NCBI RefSeq assembly: GCF_018350175.1
Contig: NC_058368.1
Location: 168,394,001-168,458,000, forward strand
Direction of reading: 5' to 3'
Source: Felis catus
Lineage: Eukaryota
Length of the DNA stretch: 64,000 nucleotides
Below, in pieces: positions 12,563-23,436 of the stretch; positions within the stretch are counted from its first letter, which is position 1, and every line of letters starts with the position of its first letter. Both the position numbers and the translations under genes were made by a program. The notes beneath the pieces were generated by a model, which was not told the DNA's origin, ran no database searches, and was given only the letters and a program-made list of their open reading frames with translations.

Positions 12563-12795
12563 GAAATGCATTTTCACTTTTTTGGTCTGACAAAGACTTA
12601 ATTGTCAGATCCTTGTTTGATACAAATGGTTTGGAGTTTTTACTCTCTCATTTATAGAGCAAAGGTGAACTATTTTCATAATAATAGTTTGTACTCACAA
12701 ACCACGTGGCAGGAAGCTTTCAGATTTTTTAAAAGTATTTTTATTGCATTGTATGGTATGCCAATCCTAGTGTAATTCCTTGCAACCAGTAAATA

Positions 12796-13369
12796 CAGTT
12801 GACCCTTTATGAACTGTGTGGATCCACTTACATATGGATTTTTTTGATAAATACAGTACATCACTATAAATTTATTTTCCTATGATTTCCTTTCTTTTAA
12901 GGAAGCTTTTTTAAAAAAGTTTATTTATTTTGAGGGACAATGTGCACATGTATGCACAAATGTGCATGGGGGAGGAGCAGAGTTAGAGGGAGGAGTATCC
13001 CAAGCAGGCTCTTTGCTGACAGCACAGAGCCCAACACAGGGCTTGAACTCTGGAACTGAGACCATGACCTGAGCCAAAATCAAGAGTAGGACACTTAACC
13101 AACTGAGCCACTGAGGCACCCCCCCTATGGTTTTCTTAATAATATTTTCTTTTCTTTTTTTTTTTAGCTTACTTTATTGTAAGAATACAGTATATATTAC
13201 ATATAACATACAAAATATGTGTTAATCAGTTATGCTTTTGGTAAGGCTTTGTGTCAACAGTAGGCTATTAGCAGGTAAGTAGATTTGGGGGAAGTCAAAA
13301 TGGATTTTTGTCTGCACAAGGAGGGGGGATGTTAGTGCCCCAAATGCTGTGTTGTTCATGGGCCAACTG
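12796..13369 (+). mobile_element. Tigger2a-like (TcMar-Tigger) DNA transposon
   Basis: TIRs cagttgaccc...gggccaactg, each flanked by TA; interrupted by a SINE. Confidence 0.85.
12893..13123 (-). mobile_element. CAN-SINE nested in Tigger
   Basis: Near-TSD cctatgatttcctt at 12879-12892 and cctatggttttctt at 13124-13137. Confidence 0.9.
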
Positions 13370-14224
13370 TAATTCTATTGATTTGTCAGCTAGTTCTCTA
13401 AATCCTTTGGGCATTTTGGGGGTAGAGTTAAGAAGTGATTTAGCTCTATATGTCATACCCTTGGCAGCCAGGAGAGGGCACTGTCTATATAAAGTTAAAG
13501 GCATGGGGCAGACCTCCCTTGTTACTTGAAGGTAGAGCATATATGGAACACAAAACTAGAAAAAGATAGAGAAGCGAAAGGTTAAATTCTGTTCTGTAGA
13601 ATCCCCTGTGGGGACTCTTCTACTTCTCTGTGCTGCCCAGGAACACATTGACTGAAAACTACTGAAACCTGGGAGTGGCAGGGACTAGCTATGGGGCCAT
13701 TTCATAGTTGGGGGGTAGGGAGACATTTTCCACCATGTTGCACACACCCACAGTTGGGAATTTTAGCAATTGTAGTACACGGATACAGTGCTTGAAACCA
13801 ACCCAATCAAAATGGTCCAATATTGATGCAACTGTAGGGCTAGTTGACCTGAAGACTGTAAGACAGAAACTCTTCAGTAATAGAACATATTAGAATCCAT
13901 GTCCTCTGTAACACATTTACAGCTTCTGTGACGTGGAATAATTCTTACAGAAGCCCCTAGCATGTATAAAATCGTGTATATTATGATCATATATGTAATT
14001 TTGGAATAAATACAACCACAAATATATGTAAGGCAAAGATACTGAGTTTGTGACTTAAAAAGAAGGTAGCATGAGTCTATGTTTGCTAGAAAATTGCCTA
14101 ATAGTTTCTCTTGACTGCCTAGTTAACATGCAGGCTTTGGCAAATTGTAGTCGTTTACACCACTTTTACCATTAGAAGGTCCATGTTGTTAACCATGCTG
14201 TATAACACAGTTGTTTTTCCTGGA

Positions 14225-14425
14225 AAGTTGGTTCCACCAATTGTTTAGCTGTGAGATTAAGGCAAATTGCTGGACTTTACTCAGTGTGTTTCTAATTTGT
14301 AAAATGGTGAAAAGAGTAGTTCCTAGCTCCTAGGCTGTTGACAGGATTAAATAAGGTAATATGTTTAAAATGCTTATCTCAGTGCCTATCTCATGCCAAA
14401 TGCCCAATAAATATTAAGTATTGTT
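14225..14425 (+). mobile_element. MIR SINE
   Basis: ctcagtgtgtttctaatttgtaaaatgg...ggattaaataaggtaatatg...caataaatatt. Confidence 0.75.
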
Positions 14426-14879
14426 GCAGTTATTTAAAAAACTTTTGAATGGCCTCTTGTACCTGTTATCCCCAATTCCACAGGGCATGGGAGCTTTGTC
14501 TTTGGAGCTGAAAGTTTTGCCTCAGTAGTGGTCTTCTATCAGTGAACCAGGGCTATCAGGCACCATTGTTTGGGGTTTGCTTACCAGAGAGAACTGTCTT
14601 CTCTTTGGCCCATGCTTACCACCTCCGGTCTTCAGAACAGTGGTGCAGAGGGTGATCAAAGAATGGTTGGGACAGTGCAAGATCCTGTTTGGCTGACATA
14701 GGGGAGGCAAACATGTTTCTGCCCTTTACCTCCATTTTAGAAATGGTGACCTTCTCACTGACTAGGGAGAAGTCTGGTGTGGCTTGTCCTGTCCCTTTGG
14801 TTTAAGAGGAAGTTAGAGGTTCTGAGGGAAGTGCCAGGAAGTGATGTAGAGCCAGGGGCTTGAAAAAGAAAGGTCAACT

Positions 14880-15545
14880 TTACCGAAGACCTGTTATATG
14901 CCAGGCACTATTGTAAGTGCTGAGGATATAAGCAAAATAAACACTCTTCCTTCCATCAGAGAATTTAAGAGATTGATGAGGAAGGAAAAGCATAAGAATT
15001 GATAGAATCAGGGCCTGACCCAATCAGGAAAGTTCTTCTTGAGGAAGTGACATTTGAAATAAAATCTAAAGATTTGATAAAATACAGGTCACTGAAGGGA
15101 TGGCCACAGGAGGTGGTAGTTAACCGATGCCAAAGACCTGAGGCAGAAGAAATAGTGTTCCCAGATCTGAAAGAAAGCCATTGTGAATGGAGTGCAGAGA
15201 GCAAAGGTGAGGATGTGCTAGATGCAGATGGAGAGGTCACCAGAGTCAGATCACACAGGATGGAGACCATGGAGAAGCTGCTGCAAGAGTCCTTGCTAAT
15301 GGTGAGAATGCTGTGGACTAGCAAGGTTGTCCACCAGATGCACTAGATGTATTAGATGTTGTGGACAGGAAGAAACCCTTATCTGTGATGTTTGCTAGGT
15401 TCCTGTTTTGCACTAGTGGCTATATGTTTGTGCTGTTTACCAAGGTTTCAAGTGCAGGAAGAGGACTGGTTTGAGGGAAAAAGTAGTCTAGTTTGGAATA
15501 TACTAAGTTAGAAATACCTTTGAGATATTGAAGGAGAAGTTTTGC
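14880..15545 (-). mobile_element. L2 LINE fragment
   Basis: atgccaggcactattgtaagtgctgaggatat start and purine-rich antisense L2 texture. Confidence 0.65.
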
Positions 15546-16407
15546 ATTAAATGAGATTTCCAACCGAAGGCCTTTACCCTTGCTGATTTCCCTGTCTGAA
15601 ACTTCCTTCCTTTAGGTATCTTTATGACTTGCTCCCTCATTTTGATCAGGTCTTTGTTCAAATGTTAACTTATGTGAGGGAGCTTCCTGACCAAGTTGTG
15701 TAAAAGAGCAGTCCCATTGCTCTTTGTTATACAGTGTGAGGTCCCTGCCTTCTTTGGCCTCTGTTGCCTTAGGATGGACAATCCCACCTGATGGTTTCCT
15801 GATATCCCTTCCATCCACAATGGCCGTTACTTTCCCAGGTTTCTTCTGCTCTAGCAGTGGCCTCATCTTGTACTGAAGCAGTAGCTGTATCATAGTTGCC
15901 CTGGGGTGATTTTTTTTTGGTTGTTTTTTAACACTTTTTCAAGTACTAAGGACATGTTTGATCTTTCTAAGGGTTAACCCTAGAAAGCCCTAATAAATGT
16001 GTTAGGTTATTTCATTTTCCCCAGTGTTAACTGGAACACTTAACATTGTCATGAATAAGAACATGATGGTTCAAATCTATTTCCTTCCTGAATTTCAGAA
16101 AAACAATTTCGGATTTAATTTTTTTTCCATTTTGGTCAACAACCTTTTGCTATTTGTTTTAATTTTATTTTTTTTTAATTTACATCCAAATTAGCGTATA
16201 GTGCAACAATGATTTCAGGAGTAGATTCCTTAATGCCCCTTACCCATTTAGCCCATCTCCCCTCCCACAACCCCTCCAGTACCCTCTGTTTGTTCTCCAT
16301 AATAAAAGTCTCTTATGTTTTGCCCCCCTCCCTGTTTTTATATTACTTTTGCTTCCCTTCCCTTATGTTTATCTGTTCTGTATCTTAAAGTCCTCATATG
16401 AGTGAAG

Positions 16408-19400
16408 TCATATGATATTTGTCTTTCTCTGACTGATTTTGCTTAGCATAATACCCTCTAGTTCCATCCACATAGTTGCAAATGGCAAGATTTCATTGTT
16501 TTTCATTGCTGAATAATACTCCATTGTATATATATACCACATTTTCTTTATCCATTCATCCATCGGTGGACATTTGGGCTCTTTCCATACTTTGTTTATT
16601 ATTGATAGTGCTGCTATAAACATGGGGGTGCATATGCCCCTTCGAAATAGCATACCTGTATCCCTTGGATAAATACTTAGTAGGGCAATTGCTGGGTCAT
16701 AGGGTAGCTCTATTTTTAATTTATTGAGGAACCTCCATACTGTTTTCCAGAGTGGCTGCACCAGTTTGCATTCCCACCAACAGTGCAAAAGAGATCCTCT
16801 TTCTTTGCATCCTCACCAACATCTGTTGTTGCCTGAGTTGTTAATGTTAGCCATTCTGACAGGTGTAAGGTGGTATCTCATTGTGGTTTTGATTTGTATT
16901 TCCCTGATGATGAGTGAACTTGAGCATCTTTTCACGTGTTGTTTGGCCATCTGGATGTCTTCTTTGGAGAAGTGTCTATTCATCTCTTTTCCCCATTTCT
17001 TCATTCGATTATTTGTTTTTGGGGTGTTGAGTTTGATAAGTTCTTTATAGATTTTGGATATTAACCCTTTATCTGATATGTCGTTTGCAAATATCTTCTC
17101 CCATTCTTCTGGTTGCCTTTTAGTTCTGCTGATTGTTTCCTTCGCTGTGCAGAAGCTTTTTATTTTGATGAGATCCCAGTAGTTCATTTTTGCTTTTGTT
17201 TCCCTTGCCTCTAGAGACATGTTGAGTAAGACGTTGCTGTGGGCAAGATCAAAGAGGTTTTTGCCTGCTTTCTCCTCGAGGTTTTGATGGCTTCCTGTCT
17301 TACATTTAGGTCTTTCATCCATTTTGAGTTTATGTTTGTATATGGTGTAAGAAAGTGGTCCAGGGTCATTCTTCTGCATGTTGCTGTCCAGTTTTCCCAG
17401 CACCACTTGCTGAAGAGACTGTCTTTATTCCATTGGATATTCTTTCCTGCTTTGTCAAAGATTCACTGGCCATACGTTTGTGGGTCCATTTCTGGGTTTT
17501 CTGTTCTGTTCCATTGATCTGTCTGTTCTTGTGCCAGTACCATACTGTCTTAATGATTACAGCTTTGTAGTATAGCTTAAAGTCCGGGATTGTGATGCCT
17601 CCTTCTTTGGTTTTCTTTTTCAAGATCGCTTTGGCGATTTGGGGTCTTTACTGGTTCCATACAAATTTTAGGATTATTTGTTCTAGCTCTGTGAAGAATG
17701 CTGGTGTTATTTTGAGAGGGATTGCATTGAATATGTAGATTGCTTTGGGTAGTATCAACATTTTAACAATATTTGTTCTTCCTATCCAGGAGCATAGAAT
17801 CTTTTTCCTTTTTTGTGTGTCATCCTCAATTTTTTTTCATAAGCTTTCTCTAGTTTTCCGTGTCTAGATTTTTCACCTCTTTGGTAAGATTTATTCCTAG
17901 GTATTTTATGGTTTTGGTGCACTTGTAAATGGGATCAATTCCTTGGTTTCTCTTTCTGCTGCTTCATTGTTGGTGTATAGGAATGCAATCGATTTCTGTG
18001 TGTCGATTTTATATCCTGCAACTTGGCTGAATTCATGAATCAGTTCTAGCAGTTTTTTGGTGGAATCTTTAGGGTTTTCCATATAGAGTATCATGTTAAT
18101 CTGCGAAGAGTGAAAGTTTGACCTCCTCCTGGCTGATTTGGATGCCTTTTATTTCTTTGTGTTGTCTGATTGCAGAGGCTACGACTTCCAATACTGTGTT
18201 GAATAACTGGCGAGAGTGAACACCCCTGTCTTGTTCCTGACCTTAGGGTGAAAGCTCTCAGTTTTCCCCATTGAGGAAGATATTAGCGTTGGGTCTTTTG
18301 TATATGGCTTTTATGATCTCAAGGTATGATCCTTCTATCCCTACTTTCTTGAGGGTTTTTATCAAGAAAGGATGCTGTATTTTGTCAAGTGTTTTCTCTG
18401 CATCTATGGAGAGGATCATATGGTTCTTGTCCTTTCTTTTATTGATGTGATGAATCACATTGATTGTTTTGCAGATATTGACCCAGCCCTGCATCCCAAG
18501 TATAAATCCCACTTGGTCATGGTGAATAATTTTTTTAATGTATTGTTGGATGCGGTTGGCTAATATCTTGTTGAGGATTTTTGCATCCATGTTCATCAGG
18601 GAACTTGGTCTGTAGTTCTCCTTTTTAGTGGACTCTCTGTCTGGTTTTGGAATCAAGGTAATGCTGGCTTCATAGAAAGAGTTTGGAAGTTTTCCTTCCA
18701 TTTCTATGTTTTGGGACAGCTTCAAGAGAGTAGGTGTTAACTCTTCCTTAAATATTTGATAGAATTCCCCTGGAAAGCCATCTGGCCCTGGACTCTTGTT
18801 TTTTGGCAGATTTTTGATTACTAATTCAATTTCCTTACTGGTTATGGGTCTGTTCAAAGTTTCTATTTCTTCCTGTTTCAGTTTTGTTGGTGTATATGTT
18901 TCTAGGAATTTGTCCATTTCTTCCAGATTGCCCATTTTGTTGGCATATAATTGCTCATAATATTCTCTTATTATTGTTTGTACTTCTGCTGTGTTGGTTG
19001 TGATCTCTCCTCTTTCATTTTTTATTTTATTTATTTAGGTCCTTTCCTTTTTCTTTTTGATCAAACTGGCTAGTGGTTTACCAATTTTGTTAATTCTTTC
19101 AAAGAACCAGCATCTGTTTTCATTTATCTGTTCTACTGTTTTTTTTTTTTGGTTTCGATAGCACTAATTTCTGCTCTAATCTTTATTATTTCCTGTCTTC
19201 TGCTGGTTTTGGGTTTTATTTGCTGTTCTTTTTCCAGCTCTTTAAGGCGTAAGGTTAGGTTGTGTATCTGAGATCTTTCTTCCTTCTGTAGGAAGGCCTG
19301 GATTTCTAGATATCTCTTATCACCTTCTTTCCTGCATCCCAGAGGTTTTGGGTTGTGGTATTATCATTTTCATAGGCTTCCATGAACTTTTTAATTTCCT

Positions 19401-20195
19401 CTTTAACTTCTTGGTTAGCCCATTCATTCTTTAGTAGGATGTTCTTTAGTCTCCAAGTAACTGTTACCTTTCCCAACTTTTTCTTGTGGTTGATTTTGAG
19501 TTTCATAGTGTTATGGTCTGAAAATATGCACGGTATGATCTTGATCTTTTTGTACTTGTTCAGGACTGATTTGTGTCCCAGTATGTGGTCTATTCTGGAG
19601 AACGTTTCATGTGCACTGGAGAAGAATGTATATTCTACTGCTTTAGGACGAAATGTTCTGAATATATCTGTTAAGTCCATCTGGTCCAATGTGTCATTCA
19701 AAGCCATTGTTTCCTTGTTGATTTTTTGATTAGATTATCTGTCCAGTGCTGTGAGTGAGGTGTTGAAGTCTCCTACTATTATGGTATTACTACCAATGAC
19801 TTTCTTTATGCTTGTGATTAATTGATTTATATATTTGGATGCTCTCACATTTTGGTGCATAAATGTTTACAATTGTTAGGTCTTCTTTGTGGATAGGCCC
19901 TTTAATTATGATATAATGTCCTTCTTCATCTCTTGATACAGTCTTTAAAGTCTAGATTGTCTGATATAAGTATGGCTACTCCAGCTTTCTTTTGTTGACC
20001 ATTAGCATGATAGATGGTTCTCCATCCCCTTACTTTCAATCTGAAGGTGTCTTTAGGTCTAAAGTGGGTCTCTTGTAAACAGCATATAGACGGATCTTGT
20101 TTTCTTATGCGTTCTGTTACCCTATGTCTTTTGATTGGCATATTTAGTCCATTGACGTTTAGAGTGAGTACTGAAAGATATGGATTTATTGCCAT
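16408..20195 (-). pseudogene. L1 ORF2p (endonuclease/reverse transcriptase), disrupted
   Basis: Fragments carrying TLNVNGLN, CLQETH, SDHN, PGPDGF, YRPx[12 protein letters not shown] and HCWWEC; split over at least 7 ORFs; catalytic FADD reads TTC GCA GAT TAA at ~18095-18107. Confidence 0.95.
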
Positions 20196-20317
20196 TATGT
20201 TGCTTGTAGAATGGAGTTTCTGGTGGTGTTCTCTGATCCTTTCTAGTCTTTGCTGCTTTTGGTCTTTATTTATTTCTTGTTGTTATGTTGTTTTTTTTTT
20301 TTTCATCTCTTCACCCC

Positions 20318-21191
20318 TCAGAGAGTCCCCCTTAAAATTTCTTGCAGGGCTGGTTTAGTGGTCACAAACTCCTTTAATCTTGTTTGGGAAACTTTTTATC
20401 TGTCCTTCTATTTTGAATTACAGCCTTGCTGGATAAAGAATTCTTGGCTGCGTATGTTTCTGATTCAGTACATTGAATATATCCTACCACTGCTGGCCTG
20501 CCAAGTTGCTGTGGATAGGTCTGCTGCAAACCTGATCTGTCTTCCCTTGTAAGTTAAGGACTTTTTTTCCCTTGCTGCTTTCATGATTCTCTCCTTGTCT
20601 GAGTATGTTGTGAATTTGACTATGATATGCTTTGTTGATGGTCAGTTTTTGTTGAATCTAATGGGAGTCCTTTTTTTGTGCTTCCTGAATTTTGATGCTT
20701 GTGTTTTTCCCCAGGTTAAGAAAGTTTTCCTCTATGATTTGCTCACATAACCCTTCTACCCCTATTTCTCTCTCTTCCTCTTCTGGGACCCCTATGATTC
20801 TGATGTTGTTCCTTTTTAGTGAGTCACTGATTTCGCTAATTCTTAAATTATGTTCTTTTGCCTTAATCTCCCTCTTTTTTCTGCTTCATTATTCTCCATA
20901 AGTTTGTCCTCTATATCGTTGATTCTCTGTGCCTTATCCATCCTTGCTGCTGTGGCATCCATTCGAGGTTGCAGCTCAGTTATAGCATTTTTCATTTCAT
21001 CCTGAGTAGCTTTTACTTCTTTTATCTCCACAGAAATGGATTCTAATCTATTTTTGACTCCAGCTAATATTCTTATTATGGTGATTCTAAATTCTGGTTC
21101 AGACATCTTGCTTGTATCTGTGTTGGTTAAGTCCCTGGCTGTTGTTTCTTCCTGTTCTTTCTTTTGGGGGTGAATTCCTTCGTTTCGTCAT
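20318..21191 (-). pseudogene. L1 ORF1p, frameshifted
   Basis: Starts MTKRRNS with an early +1 frameshift; coiled-coil fragment 20843-21106; ends TKPALQEILRGTL*. Confidence 0.9.
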
Positions 21192-21793
21192 TTTGAAGGA
21201 AGAAAAGGAATTAATGAGGTAAAAAAATTAAAGTAAAAAAATAAAATTAAAAAATATTAAAATGAGAAAATTAAAAACAAACACATACCAAAAAAATTGA
21301 ATAAATGATGTTAGATCCTAGGTATGTTTTGGTCTGGATGTTGAAAGGGGATTGATAGATTAGAGAAAAAAGGGAAAAGAAAAAAAAAAGGAAATAGTTT
21401 GAAAATTTGAAAACATGAATACACTGAGGGAGACTAAAATGAAATGATGGAAGTAAAATAGAATTTGAAAAAATTTACACAAAAGTAAAAAATATAGTAG
21501 AAAAAAATTAAAGAATATTTTTAATAAAATTTAAAAAAATGAATTTTTTCTCTTTCTGTATTGAAGAAAAAGAAATGAAAAAGAAAAAAAGAGAAAAGGA
21601 AAAAGGAAAAGAAAGAAAATTGAAAAGATGGACCTGTGAACACACTGAAATATGACTGAAATTACTTCATTTTACCCTGAAGTCAAACTATGAAGCACTT
21701 TGTAGTCCATAAGCTAACCAAGCGGAGAGACTTGTGTCCGTGAAGAGCGAAGTTGGCCCAGTTGGGCAGGGCTTAGTGTAATGGCTCCATTCT

Positions 21794-21809
21794 CCACTAG
21801 ATGGCGCTG
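21794..21809 (+). promoter_or_regulatory. CTCF consensus motif in the L1 5'UTR
   Basis: CCACTAGATGGCGCTG fits the CCASYAGRKGGCRS core; motif match only, binding not shown. Confidence 0.55.
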
Positions 21810-22894
21810 CTTAGCTTCCTGGGGTTGATTGCTGTGGCCCTCATAGGTGCGTTTGCACATGTGCAGGAGCAGTGAAAATGGCATCACCCAGCTTCCCAGT
21901 CTCTAGTTAATCAGAACTCTGTTCTCCCCGGTCAGCAATTGCGCACCCATCCTTTGTCTTTAACCTCCATCCACTCCCTGCTTTTACACAATCCGTGACC
22001 ATAACCCAGGCAGCACCTCCCTCCTGAGTTCTGTCCCAGACGAGGCTGTTCTTCCCGACTCCCACTTCTGAGGGACCGCAGCTTTTACCCATTCTGCCCT
22101 CCCCTGCAGGAGGGTCTCACTGAGCAATGTCCAGGTGCTGGCTGCACTCAGGAACGTTTGCGGGACTGTGCTGCTGCTGATGCCTAGAGACTGCAGCTGG
22201 GTGCCAGCCCACCCCAGAAAAAGTTCGCGAGATAGTGTAGCAAAGTGTTTCAGGGATTATGGAAAATCACAACACATATCTGGAACCAGGTTTCACCCTT
22301 AACAGCCTTGTTCCAGCACCAGTAAATGTGGTTGTTCTCCCGGGTCCACTGGGGCCTTGCCTTTGGGGCACCCACACAGCCTCTACCAGGTGTCCTCCAG
22401 CAGGGGAACTGCCTGTCTCCATGTGGCCTGAAGAACCCCAGACTCCACTCTGCTCCTGGGGATTCGCCCTTCCCACCAGAGCACCGCCAGGTATTGAGCT
22501 GCAGAGTTTCAGACTCTGTGCTCACCCTTTTTATAGTCGTAATGGAATTTAAACCCTCTCCTTTCTCCTATCTCCCTTTTTAGTTCAGTCCCTGGGGCTG
22601 TTTCCACTTTTCCACTTTCTCTCCAGCTGCTCTTGAGGGGGGTCCCTTTCCATATTCTTCCCCCCACCCCCGTCTCCGTCCTCTCTCTGCATGCAAAAGC
22701 GGCTCCCTGCCCTCCGTGGCTTCTCTCTCCCCCAGTTCACCTCTCTACACCACATACCTGCTGAATTCTGTGGTTCGGGTTGTGCAGATTGTTGTTAATC
22801 CTCAGATCAGTTTTGTAGGTGTGCAGGATGGTTTAGTGTTGGTCTGGCTATATTTCATGGACATAAGACACACAAAAAACTTCCATGCTGTTCC

Positions 22895-22905
22895 ACCATC
22901 TTGGC
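22895..22905 (-). promoter_or_regulatory. Decayed YY1 site at the L1 5' end
   Basis: CCAAGATGGTG versus CCAAGATGGCG, a CpG transition, at the canonical position. Confidence 0.5.
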
Positions 22906-23213
22906 CCCTCCCCTCAGGTTTAATTTTTATCTAAGCAGTATATTTATGTAGCAACGAGAACACCAAAAAAGAAAAGTTGTATAAAGGTTTATAATGAAAA
23001 GTAATGATACCTAAGCCTATTTTTTCCAAAGAAGCAACCAATTAAATGTCCTCTCTCTGCCCCCAACTCCGTAATTGTTTCCATGTCACTAAATATACCC
23101 ATAATACTCATTCTTATTTGTCAGTTACATGATTGTCTGTACTGCCTGCCTTGAAAGATAAGGACTTAGATAAGTTCTTTTCCTTAGCTTATTTTCTACT
23201 TATTCCAATTTTT

Positions 23214-23436
23214 TAAAAAAAAAAATTTTTTTTCAACGTTTATTTATTTTTGGGACAGAGAGAGACAGAGCATGAATGGGGGAGGGGCAGAGAGAGAGGG
23301 AGACACAGAATCGGAAACAGGCTCCAGGCTCCGAGCCATCAGCCCAGAGCCCGATGCAGGGCTCGAACTCCCGGACCGCGAGATCGTGACCTGGCTGAAG
23401 TCGGACGCTTAACCGACTGCGCCACCCAGGCGCCCC
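23214..23436 (-). mobile_element. Young SINEC_Fc
   Basis: CpG-rich; perfect 17-bp TSD tacttattccaattttt at 23197-23213 and 23437-23453. Confidence 0.97.

Larger units (their letters stand above)
16164..22913 (-). mobile_element. Full-length (~6.75 kb) inactivated carnivore/felid L1
   Basis: 5' end GGGGAGGGGCCAAGATGG, ~1.7-kb 5'UTR, ORF1, ORF2 with EN and RT motifs, 3'UTR and A-rich tail; TSD not clear. Confidence 0.96.

Noticed and set aside
14999..15346. 115-aa and 119-aa ORFs on opposite strands
   Set aside because: They lie within a decayed L2; composition artefact.
16408..21191. Active, retrotransposition-competent L1
   Set aside because: Multiple frameshifts and stops in both ORFs and a destroyed FADD motif.
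16156..22930. TSD for the full-length L1 (gttttaattttat / gtttaatttttat)
   Set aside because: Low-complexity and imperfect; cannot be separated from the poly(A) tail.
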